From: an uncultured virus (IMG/VR IMGVR_UViG_3300025133_000081)
Lineage: Duplodnaviria; Heunggongvirae; Uroviricota; Caudoviricetes; Crassvirales
Direction: 5' to 3' (one strand)
DNA: 64,000 nt
Virus record (IMG/VR): IMGVR_UViG_3300025133_000081
Within the stretch, counting starts at the first letter, position 1. Each line of letters starts with the position of its first letter. Positions 19,204-27,976 of the stretch are shown here, in pieces. The position numbers and the translations under genes were made by a program. The notes beneath the pieces were generated by a model. That model was not told the origin of the DNA. It did not search any database and was given only the letters and a program-made list of their open reading frames with translations.

Positions 19204-20232
19204 TTATGCTCTAGTAATATGTAGTGATACTAATGCTTTTCCTCCAGCAGTGACTTTAGATGTTGTTAGATATATAACCTCATCAGCAATAAATGTATTA
19301 TTCGCTGAAGGATCATCCGTATAAGCTGTGTTCACAGTATCTGATGCTCCAAAAGTAATAGTACCATCTGTCATAGTAGTACCAGCATCATTCTTTAAAA
19401 CTATAGTACCATCATCTGTAGCTGCTATGGCTTTTGTACTGATCGCATAGATGTGGTTTACAGTGCCTGGATAAGGCATCTTGATCTTGTTATCACATTG
19501 CTCTCCTGTTTCAAATGAAACTGGCACTGTGATGATCTCTTCTTTCAATGCTGCATCCAGCTTCACTGTATCGATCGCAGAGTTAGCAATGGACACTGCA
19601 CCTGACTTTGACATAGTGGCGTCACCAGACATGATGTAAGGAGCTAATGCTCCAGTAGCTTCTCCTACAAGTAGAGCTCCATCTGTTGATAGATCTGCTT
19701 CTTGAGGATCTCCTGCAGCATCAAAGTATATTACATTCCCTGCAGTACCTGAATTAAGTTTTGCCAGAGTAACTGAATCATCAGCTAGTTTAGCTGTAGT
19801 TACATTAGCATCTAGTATCTTAGCTGTAGTAACAGCATCTGCTTCTATACGATCAGCATTGACAATTGAGGAAGTAACCCAGTCAGTAGAGACCATAACT
19901 ACCCAGGCAGAGCCATTGTAGATACACTCTGCTTTCCAGTTAGCTCCACTTGTTAATAGTTCGTCTGGTATGGTCTCTCCGAATACAGTCACCGCATGTG
20001 AGCCTCCTGTAGTAATAGTAGCCTCATTCCAGATAACAACTCGTATATTGTCTGATGCAGTTCCAGTAGGATTAATATCCAATTGAGCAGCAAGAACAAC
20101 AGAGCCTGTAAGTCTGTAAAATTTGTAGTAATCTGTAGGAGCATTGGGAACAGTAAATGCCCCAGTGTCAATGGTCAAAGGACCTGCACCTACAGCTACA
20201 TCTAAAATTGGAATTTCTTTAACTGAAGACAT
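19204..20232 (-). CDS. Fibre protein (head or tail fibre)
   Basis: VTTAKI.D.NVTTAKLADDSVTLAKL decamer repeats typical of phage fibres. Confidence 0.65.
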   Translation of the reverse strand: MSSVKEIPILDVAVGAGPLTIDTGAFTVPNAPTDYYKFYRLTGSVVLAAQLDINPTGTASDNIRVVIWNEATITTGGSHAVTVFGETIPDELLTSGANWKAECIYNGSAWVVMVSTDWVTSSIVNADRIEADAVTTAKILDANVTTAKLADDSVTLAKLNSGTAGNVIYFDAAGDPQEADLSTDGALLVGEATGALAPYIMSGDATMSKSGAVSIANSAIDTVKLDAALKEEIITVPVSFETGEQCDNKIKMPYPGTVNHIYAISTKAIAATDDGTIVLKNDAGTTMTDGTITFGASDTVNTAYTDDPSANNTFIADEVIYLTTSKVTAGGKALVSLHITRA

Positions 20233-20235
20233 TTG

Positions 20236-20907
20236 TTAAACTTTTAAGTATTTAGTAAGTTTGTACGATAGGATAGATATCTGATCTGCAGCTACTCCAG
20301 TATCATTCTTGATCTGGATCTTAAAATCATGTGCACCTGAAAGAGCACTTGATATAGCTACTGCTGGTGCAACATATGCTGCAGTAATAGTAGATCCTGC
20401 CCAAAGCATATTACCAGTGAAGTCACCGTTACCTGCTTCTAGTTTTATAATAGGGACTATAGTATCCGTAGCTGAAACCACCATATCAATAGTGATCCTT
20501 CCAGCATTTCTGAACGTAGTACCTGATCCAGATAAATTAAATCCTGTTGCTGCAGATGAATCAAATATAGTATCTGCACCATATAGGACCTTAAAATCAT
20601 ATGCTGGTGCTGTAGCAACCTTAGCTCCCACAAGTATCATCTCCAACGTCATAACGTCTTCTACTGTACCGAAGTCCAATGTAGTACCGTTCAATGACTC
20701 ATTCATAACCTCACCAGTGGCGTATGAATTAGTAGCTTTTATTTGTTTAGTTACGCTTGAGTGAACTATAGCGACTCCGTCTGTTCCATCACTACCATCT
20801 CCACCAGCTGGTCCCGTTAAACCTGTTCCACCAGCCGCTCCGTCAGCACCTGCTGGTCCTCGTCTAAGAGTAACTGATCCTAAGCAATCACCATTGCAAC
20901 AACCCAT
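20236..20907 (-). CDS. Collagen-like fibre protein
   Basis: MGCCNGDC N-terminus then about 9 Gly-X-Y triplets (GPAGADGAAGGTGLTGPAGGDGSDGTDG). Confidence 0.65.
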   Translation of the reverse strand: MGCCNGDCLGSVTLRRGPAGADGAAGGTGLTGPAGGDGSDGTDGVAIVHSSVTKQIKATNSYATGEVMNESLNGTTLDFGTVEDVMTLEMILVGAKVATAPAYDFKVLYGADTIFDSSAATGFNLSGSGTTFRNAGRITIDMVVSATDTIVPIIKLEAGNGDFTGNMLWAGSTITAAYVAPAVAISSALSGAHDFKIQIKNDTGVAADQISILSYKLTKYLKV

Positions 20908-20915
20908 GTTTTCTT

Positions 20916-21485
20916 TTATTTACATCCACAACCTGTAGAAGAAGAATCACATAGACTCTGTAGCTTCGTAAAGATTGAAGTGGCTTCATCATAATTACAC
21001 CCATTAGCGGCATATTTAAAGTCCGTAAGTAGACTCCATAAATAATTAGCATAGGCAAGCTTGTCAGCATATTTGCATGGATCATTTCCATAAGCAACAG
21101 CAGCTGCATGTAGCTTTTCGTGTAAGCAACATTCTAGGTCGCAATACACATAAAATGTTAAGGTATCTGTGAACGTACCATTAGTATTGGTAATACTGTA
21201 TACGGCAGTTGCTATACCATCTGCGAGATCTGCTTCGATCTCTTGGTATTGAAAATCTTGGAACCAATCAGTAAGAGCAGCTTGAGCAGTCACATTAGCG
21301 ACTGTCACCTCTCCTTCAGAATCAGTTATAGTTATAGAGGCAGCAGTTATATCGGTTCTATCGTCATTGGGTGTCCCATAACCTCCAAGATTTGTTGTGG
21401 CATCGTATTCTCCAGTAACATCGGTCACTAGAACTTTACCACAGTTATTTATAGTACATAATTCAAATTCGGGGATAAGTGCCAT
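20916..21485 (-). CDS. Putative tail hub protein
   Basis: D.TG.YDA..N.GGYG.PN motif; Cys-rich C-terminus ending CGCK; follows the auxiliary capsid gene. Confidence 0.5.
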   Translation of the reverse strand: MALIPEFELCTINNCGKVLVTDVTGEYDATTNLGGYGTPNDDRTDITAASITITDSEGEVTVANVTAQAALTDWFQDFQYQEIEADLADGIATAVYSITNTNGTFTDTLTFYVYCDLECCLHEKLHAAAVAYGNDPCKYADKLAYANYLWSLLTDFKYAANGCNYDEATSIFTKLQSLCDSSSTGCGCK

Positions 21486-21493
21486 CTAAATAA

Positions 21494-21538
21494 GATTTAA
21501 GAAAGAAAAAGGAACTTAATCCTTTTTCTCTCTAAATC
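21494..21538 (-). terminator. Intergenic hairpin, likely terminator or attenuator after the auxiliary capsid gene
   Basis: Inverted repeat gattt-aagaaagaaaaagga / tcctttttctctct-aaatc. Confidence 0.5.
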
Positions 21539-21545
21539 AATAATA

Positions 21546-22859
21546 TTACCCTATACTAAAGTCTGTAGAAACAGCTCCTTGAAGGAGTACTTCTAAAACA
21601 TCAGTAAGGTCATCAGTAGTAGCATCCAGGCCGTACCAAGCATTTGTGCTTGTAGCAGGTAGACAGATGTCTATTTGCTTAGGCGAGATCTCTGCACTGA
21701 ATGGATTAACTATACTGTTGTTGAACCTAATAGAAAGTACATCGTACCCTCCACCAGTTACATCAACATTAGCAACCAAATTAAGTGGGTGAATTACTGG
21801 TACACCAATTCGATAGATTTCTCCATGGAATCCTTGTGCCATAGCTTCAAGAGCAGCAACAGCTTCTCCCTCACCTTCACCAGAATCAGCTCCTGTGGTA
21901 GCCAAAGTTGAAGCACCGAAGTCCTCCAATTGAGTGTTCCAAGAAACTTGTTTGTACTTGTAATCAGGTGCACCAAAGCTTAGATCAGCTCCAGCCATAA
22001 CTACTCCAAAGTTTGCAGCAGCAGCCGCAGCTACATCAATAACCTCAGCATCTGAAGTTGCAGCAGCGAGTACTTGACTAGCTATCTGAATAGGTCGATC
22101 TACAGTAAATGTCAATGCAGTAGTGTCAACAGACTCTACCTTATAAACATCATCTGCAAGTGCAGTACCAGCTCCATTAGAGCCCATACGTACATAGTCA
22201 CCAGCTACCAAAGTAGTGGCAGATCCACCCCAAGTTACTGCAGTAGCAACACCTACAACCTTTGATCCCAAAGCGATAGTTATATCGTTAACGAAATCAT
22301 TAGCAGCAGTTACAGCAGAATCAGAACGTACAGAGAATGCACACCATGCTTCAGCCTCTCGTAGGAAGTTATTGATCAAAGATCCCGCAAGACCTACAGC
22401 AATATCTCCTTGAGTAGAAGTAGAACTAGATTGGAATACACCATGCTTGATCTTCTGTCCATCTGACTCAGCAGACAAAAGCTCTTGCACATACATTCGA
22501 ATGTAGTATAAGTTATTAGCAATTACCTCAATAGAACCAGTAGTTCCATTCGACCCGATGATGGTCGATTGATTCACGCGTGCAGAGAAAGCAGCAAAGT
22601 CGAAAGAATCGACATTAGCAACCTCTATGATATCTGACATAAGAATAGGAAGACTTGAGCCGCGACTCAAACCAATTCTAAACGCAGTTGCTGAAGCAGC
22701 AGCAGCCTGTGTCATTGCAGCACCCGCAAGATCGTATACGCCCATAACACCTGCAGCAGCCGCACCTAGTGCAGTTAATGTTGCTGGCATTGTACCTGAT
22801 GAACCTGGCTCTCCGCCAATGAAAATCTGGTATGCGTTTCTTACTTGAAAATTAGCCAT
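21546..22859 (-). CDS. Auxiliary capsid (stabilising) protein
   Basis: 437 aa, Ala-rich; SDII..ANV, GEGEGEAVAALE...G..GE.YR, YDVL.I motifs; crAss position after the ring protein. Confidence 0.6.
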   Translation of the reverse strand: MANFQVRNAYQIFIGGEPGSSGTMPATLTALGAAAAGVMGVYDLAGAAMTQAAAASATAFRIGLSRGSSLPILMSDIIEVANVDSFDFAAFSARVNQSTIIGSNGTTGSIEVIANNLYYIRMYVQELLSAESDGQKIKHGVFQSSSTSTQGDIAVGLAGSLINNFLREAEAWCAFSVRSDSAVTAANDFVNDITIALGSKVVGVATAVTWGGSATTLVAGDYVRMGSNGAGTALADDVYKVESVDTTALTFTVDRPIQIASQVLAAATSDAEVIDVAAAAAANFGVVMAGADLSFGAPDYKYKQVSWNTQLEDFGASTLATTGADSGEGEGEAVAALEAMAQGFHGEIYRIGVPVIHPLNLVANVDVTGGGYDVLSIRFNNSIVNPFSAEISPKQIDICLPATSTNAWYGLDATTDDLTDVLEVLLQGAVSTDFSIG

Positions 22860-22991
22860 TTTAATGGTTTTAGAATTAAACGTAGTCTAATGAGAACCTC
22901 TGTTCTCTATTAGTAACCTGTTCACACAAGTTATTTTTTAATCTGCCGACTCCAGCAGCCTTCCCTCTTAAAGCGGGGAATTACTTATTTC

Positions 22992-23576
22992 TTACAGACC
23001 TGTAGTAATTACTCGGTAAGTTACCTTAGCTCTGATTACTCCTGCTGCAGTTCCAGGTTGTGTAACTGCTGTTGAAGCAAGATTGATATTAGAATTAACT
23101 CCTAACACATGGTCAGTTGTCAATGCGCTCAAATTGATCACTGTATCTCCTGCCTTAGTAATAAGGTCAGCAGTTGCGATCGCACCTGATACTGCTACAG
23201 AGTTGATATAGACCGTAAGGTCATCTCCTGCTCCACCAGTATAGGCTGCTGTGTCATAATCATAGATCAGTACCGCGTTCACAAACTGTAGAGCAGTTCC
23301 TGCTCCTCCTGCTGCTACCAGTTCTGCTCCACTTGCGTGTCCCAGATCACCTGCTGCCGTACCTACTATTACATCTGCACCCAATGTTACATCTACTGTA
23401 TACTGAGTGACCGTGTCTGATATCTTAATACTACTAGCTACAAGATTCCCGTCAGACGGTTCTAATTCCAATACCGCATCTACAAGAGCATTGAACTGCT
23501 TAGAGTAGACTCGGAAACGATCGTTCCCTTTTCCTGGCTTGAAATTCTTACTTGTTATTTTTTCTGCTAATGCCAT
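22992..23576 (-). CDS. Putative capsid decoration protein
   Basis: Ala/Gly/Thr-rich beta-sandwich-like sequence ending in VTYRVI. Confidence 0.5.
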   Translation of the reverse strand: MALAEKITSKNFKPGKGNDRFRVYSKQFNALVDAVLELEPSDGNLVASSIKISDTVTQYTVDVTLGADVIVGTAAGDLGHASGAELVAAGGAGTALQFVNAVLIYDYDTAAYTGGAGDDLTVYINSVAVSGAIATADLITKAGDTVINLSALTTDHVLGVNSNINLASTAVTQPGTAAGVIRAKVTYRVITTGL

Positions 23577-23592
23577 TAGTTAAATTTTTAGA

Positions 23593-24321
23593 TTATTCAA
23601 TAATTTTTTGATCTAAAGAGAGATTGGTCTTCAGTCTCTCCTGTCTTGCGGCTTCCAACATCAATTGGACAGCCATATCCGCTATTGCTCTATGTGTTCC
23701 TGGATCAAGTTCACAATGACCATCTGTAGGATCAGACACATCAATAGCTTTTGGATATTTTACATAAGTGAGATAGTAATCACTGAGAGTGAGAGTATCT
23801 CCTAGTACCAGCTCATGTTGTTTTAAGTTGGTAGCAGACAGAGCATCGTCAGGATCTACCTTACTGAAGTCCATTCTCCAGACCAGGGTCTTGTCAGGCT
23901 TCTTGTAAGGGTTCTTTATATTGGCATTATAGAAATCCATTCTTACTGGCTTGACAGGGATCCTGTCAGTGGTCTCTATTTCTGTACAAGGATCTGTATA
24001 GGTGATATTGGCCTCTTCCTTTACTACCCACCACAATCCTTCTGGAAGTGGTACAAGTCTGGAATCAGGATGGTTTCCAGCTGTTGAGGTTGATATGGTA
24101 TTGAATCTCAATAGCTCAGATATGTCCTTAGATCGTTTCTCAGATTCTTCAAAACCCACTCTCGGTGGGTTAGAATCAGCATTATATAACGACTTGCAGA
24201 AGCGCTCCTGGGCACGATTCAGAAAGAGATTTATCTCATCATCCTCGTAGCCAGGGGCTGCAGAGTTCGCAATAGAATCATATGTAATTTCTACGTACTC
24301 TTTAAATTCTGCTGGTGTCAT
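23593..24321 (-). CDS. Tail ring protein (crAss gene-74-like)
   Basis: YDSIA..AAPGY.D.EI..FLNRAQE...GFEESEKR..D...NPYKKP...Y.KYP..I...CEL....H..I...AV. Confidence 0.75.
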   Translation of the reverse strand: MTPAEFKEYVEITYDSIANSAAPGYEDDEINLFLNRAQERFCKSLYNADSNPPRVGFEESEKRSKDISELLRFNTISTSTAGNHPDSRLVPLPEGLWWVVKEEANITYTDPCTEIETTDRIPVKPVRMDFYNANIKNPYKKPDKTLVWRMDFSKVDPDDALSATNLKQHELVLGDTLTLSDYYLTYVKYPKAIDVSDPTDGHCELDPGTHRAIADMAVQLMLEAARQERLKTNLSLDQKIIE

Positions 24322-25193
24322 TAGTCACTCATATATTCGTCAACGCGGTTCTCGATCACTATTCTTATATCCTGATTCTTAGGATTGTTAAGAAACTCGA
24401 TAGCCTCAGTTACATTTCTTCCTATGTCATCTCCGCCTGGAGTAGCATAGGCAATTCCATCTTTCTTAAGAGCTTTAGCTTGAATAGCCTCTTCGATCAG
24501 AATCTTGGTTTCAAGGTTCTTATCATTGATAGTATTCAAAAAGGTCTCAGGTTCAGAATTAAGGATCTTATTCATCTCAGCTTGCAAGAATCCTAGTTTG
24601 GATGTACGTGCCACCCGAATTCCTTTTGCAACCATAAGAATATGTCTAAGTTTCTTAGAATCATTCTGAACAGCACCATACGCTGTATATGCTCGTAACT
24701 TGATGTCTAACTCATTAACTTGCTGACGTGTCTCGTGATCAACATCAACAATAGCAAACTTATAAGTAAGCTTATGTGTCATAACATCTGCTGAAGGTGC
24801 AACTCTATCTGGGTTTGCCAGTAGAATCTTATACTTCATAAAATCATCAGCTCGGCTAAGATCGAGATACAAGATCTCATTCTTCAATTTAACCTTACCT
24901 GCTTTCGTTAACCAGTAACTATTCTTCTTAGTAGCTAATAGTTCGCCTGGATAAAAATCCAAACCTGAGGCGGGACTTTCTAGGAAAGCCCGCTCTTCAG
25001 GTGATAATGGATCTTTTAAGCGTCCGTACTGATCTTGCGGGACGCAAACTTCGAAATATGATTCTTTAAATAGGAAGCTCGCCTCATGTTCTGGCGGAAC
25101 CAGTCCTTTTCTCCTCTTGATCGGGACAACCTTCACCTTCCTATTAGGAAGAGTAAATGTAGCCGTCTCTGTTTTTCCATCCGTTTTGCTCAT
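24321..25193 (-). CDS. Conserved crAss protein downstream of MCP (gene-75-like)
   Basis: LDLS...D..KY.IL.AN...VAPS and A..FL..PKNQ motifs; synteny. Confidence 0.7.
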   Translation of the reverse strand: MSKTDGKTETATFTLPNRKVKVVPIKRRKGLVPPEHEASFLFKESYFEVCVPQDQYGRLKDPLSPEERAFLESPASGLDFYPGELLATKKNSYWLTKAGKVKLKNEILYLDLSRADDFMKYKILLANPDRVAPSADVMTHKLTYKFAIVDVDHETRQQVNELDIKLRAYTAYGAVQNDSKKLRHILMVAKGIRVARTSKLGFLQAEMNKILNSEPETFLNTINDKNLETKILIEEAIQAKALKKDGIAYATPGGDDIGRNVTEAIEFLNNPKNQDIRIVIENRVDEYMSD

Positions 25194-25212
25194 TCTATTT
25201 AAATTAAATCAA

Positions 25213-26706
25213 TTATGCTAAAATACTTGGAATCAATGATGCAGTCCTTGAAGGATCATAAACTGCAACTCCACATACTGTAGCCCTGTGTACTTGATAA
25301 CCATCAGTAGGCATAGCCATTAGGTTCTGACTTCTCTCACCAGAAGATGAGAATGGATTACGAAGACCAGGAATATATCCCATAATGTCCTCAGATCCAC
25401 TTACGTAGAACTTCTGAATGTTAGGCTCACCATTAGTTGTACCGATATCCATGATATCGTAACGGTAAGACTCTGCTACACCACCATCTGGGTGGTACAA
25501 CTTGTTACGCTCACGATCGTCATACATAGAATCAACCATCAAAGTAACTTTGACATTGTTAGGTCCTCTGTACTCTACGAACTGTCCTCCGTATCCTAAA
25601 CCTAGATCAGCAATGCTGTTAGAGGCTCTGAACATACGATCTTCGTTTCGTAGTGGTGTAAACAATTGTGATTGATCTTCAAGTGCTTTGTGGAACTGAA
25701 TAGCTCCTCGCTCACCTGTACGAAGTACGAAGTGACGATCATCAGTAGGTAACTTACCTTCTGAAAGGTCAACAAGGACCTCTGTCAGGTAATCAATGTT
25801 GAACGTGCTGTAGAAAGACGTATTAGACGCTTCCATCTGCTCCCTGATACCAGCACCCTGCTTAAGGATGTGTCCAGAGTTTCCAACATTAAAGTACTCA
25901 CCGTTCGCAGACTTGTTTGATCGGGCATAATACATAAGCTTATTCTTCTCCTGACGGAACTGCCAGTCGAAAACGTAGTCCTCATGTTGTGTCCAAGTGG
26001 TATGAGTAACCAATTCTCCGTCCTCACCACGAGATTGCCACTTAGTCGCAAATGGTCGATTCAGCATATTACCAGCGGTAGTATGTTGCATACGGATCAT
26101 TGAGAAAGCGTTTCTCATTGTGAATGGACTTTCGAAGTTGATTCCACCACCTTTCTTGGAAAGGGTAGGTTCAACAAGTGACCACTCACGGCTCCATCTT
26201 TTGCCAGGGGCAAGTTCCTCTACAGGAACAAAAGCGGTAAGGTCACCAGAGACCAATTCTACAGTATATCTCCAGTTAAGTCCATCAGGGACTGGGTCGG
26301 ATACAATTCTAAGTTGATATACTTCATTTTTCTCACCAACAATGGTGTGAACATCTGTGAACCATTGTTCAGCGAAGATCATATCAAAGCGAGCCAAAGC
26401 AAGACCAGGCTGGTCTCCTGCCGCAACAGGTGTACCAGCAGTGATTTCTGCTTGAATCAATTTAACATTTTTCTTCCCAGAACCAATAAGTTCCCAGGTA
26501 AAATCATCATCAGTTTCCATTACTTTGTAAGGAATCTGTGACAAATAACTATCGAGGTCCATACCAAAGTTTGAGGTATAGATCCTTCGCATCAGATTAG
26601 AAGCTTTTTGAGGGGCGGCTTGATAAATTGCCCCCAAATGGTTTGTGGTCGTGAGACCAGCCCAATGTTGAGCCTCCGTCATCTGAAATGGGGAAAGTTG
26701 TGGCAT
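25213..26706 (-). CDS. Major capsid protein (HK97 fold, crAss-type)
   Basis: 497 aa; W.GLTT.NHLG...F.W.L.G...G.G.REQ...TGE.GA..F...HP.GG.AESYRYDI. Confidence 0.9.
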   Translation of the reverse strand: MPQLSPFQMTEAQHWAGLTTTNHLGAIYQAAPQKASNLMRRIYTSNFGMDLDSYLSQIPYKVMETDDDFTWELIGSGKKNVKLIQAEITAGTPVAAGDQPGLALARFDMIFAEQWFTDVHTIVGEKNEVYQLRIVSDPVPDGLNWRYTVELVSGDLTAFVPVEELAPGKRWSREWSLVEPTLSKKGGGINFESPFTMRNAFSMIRMQHTTAGNMLNRPFATKWQSRGEDGELVTHTTWTQHEDYVFDWQFRQEKNKLMYYARSNKSANGEYFNVGNSGHILKQGAGIREQMEASNTSFYSTFNIDYLTEVLVDLSEGKLPTDDRHFVLRTGERGAIQFHKALEDQSQLFTPLRNEDRMFRASNSIADLGLGYGGQFVEYRGPNNVKVTLMVDSMYDDRERNKLYHPDGGVAESYRYDIMDIGTTNGEPNIQKFYVSGSEDIMGYIPGLRNPFSSSGERSQNLMAMPTDGYQVHRATVCGVAVYDPSRTASLIPSILA

Positions 26707-26723
26707 CTTTTAAATGGGTTTAG

Positions 26724-27887
26724 TTAAAGATTATCCAGTGACTTGAGCAACGTATCGTCCACGTTACTGTGTATTCGGGGGGTACTGCTGCCTCCTCCGA
26801 AACTAGTAGATTTCGAACTACCAAGACTTTTGGTGAAATCGTCTACCTTTTTACTTCTCTTGGTCCGACCAAACACTGATAGGTCAGGGTTATCATCAAA
26901 CACTCCAAGTGAGATCAGATAATGCAGCTTGAGATCAAAAGCTATCGGATCTTTTTCGCGAACCTGTTGTGCAGCATAAACTGGGCCTTGCTCAGTCGAT
27001 GCTATTGGTCGAGTCATTTGATCAAATAACATTTTTCTTGTCTTCTCTGGAACTGTCATTCCAGGAAGAATTTCTTCTGTTTTCAGAATTTTCTTTTCAA
27101 TACTGTTAAGATCATCCTGTAACTTCTGTTTACTTGCCTGTGCATTCTGTCGTTCAGTTTCCATGAATCGTTCATTAACAGCCCTTAGATCAACTAAAGC
27201 CTGTTTAACATCTTCGATATCATCTCCTAGCTCAACAGATCGTTTAGCAAGTTTTGTAGCCCTTTCTTGATTCATCCCTGTAGCAACAAATGATTTCTCA
27301 ATTATCGTTTGGCGGGCCTGTTCTTTCATAGATGTCTGCTCATCATCATCCTCATCGGCTGGTAAAAAGCGGGCATCGTCCAGATTATCCAAACGTAATT
27401 TTTGATTGTTATATTCTCGAAGAACCTCGGAAGGTACTCCTTGTCTATAATCCTCAACCATTAATTTAACTTCGGGTGGGAGATCAGCAAATTCATTCTG
27501 CTTGATCGTCTCTTGAATGAGACCGACAAGGTCAGAAGGACCATTAAGTCCTTCCAACTTGTCAGCATCAGTTGTAATAACGCCTTCCTCTTGAAGCACC
27601 GAGGCAAACAATTTAAGCGGGTCGGATGGAGAAGAGAGAGTGCTTGTAGAGGAAGGTTCATCTTCAACTCCTGTCTGCGACTCTTCTGTCTTTACTTCTC
27701 CTGTTACTTCACCTGTAGGCGATACTTCTAATTTTCCTGTATCAATAACTGTATCAGGTTTATCTGTTTCATCTTCTCCTTTCGGAGTACCTTCTGGAAT
27801 CACTTCACCTGTCGGACCCACCTCTATAAGGGAGTCGTCACTAAGATTAAATGTACCAAAAAGACTTTCTTCTTTGTTGTTTTCCAT
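26724..27887 (-). CDS. Scaffold-like acidic protein upstream of MCP (gene-77-like)
   Basis: Acidic low-complexity N-terminus, helical C-terminus; between portal and MCP. Confidence 0.65.
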   Translation of the reverse strand: MENNKEESLFGTFNLSDDSLIEVGPTGEVIPEGTPKGEDETDKPDTVIDTGKLEVSPTGEVTGEVKTEESQTGVEDEPSSTSTLSSPSDPLKLFASVLQEEGVITTDADKLEGLNGPSDLVGLIQETIKQNEFADLPPEVKLMVEDYRQGVPSEVLREYNNQKLRLDNLDDARFLPADEDDDEQTSMKEQARQTIIEKSFVATGMNQERATKLAKRSVELGDDIEDVKQALVDLRAVNERFMETERQNAQASKQKLQDDLNSIEKKILKTEEILPGMTVPEKTRKMLFDQMTRPIASTEQGPVYAAQQVREKDPIAFDLKLHYLISLGVFDDNPDLSVFGRTKRSKKVDDFTKSLGSSKSTSFGGGSSTPRIHSNVDDTLLKSLDNL

Positions 27888-27889
27888 CT

Positions 27890-27897
27890 CTAACGTA
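27890..27897 (-). promoter_or_regulatory. -7 element-like TACGTTAG just before the scaffold ATG
   Basis: TTTCG TACGTTAG AG ATG; same TTTCG context as at 4119, but the TTG box is 28 nt away rather than 20. Confidence 0.4.
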
Positions 27898-27976
27898 CGA
27901 AATTAGACAATATAATGTTATTATCCAAGAAAATTCGAAATAATCTTTCAAACTTTTTCAGTTCCCTCATAGCATT

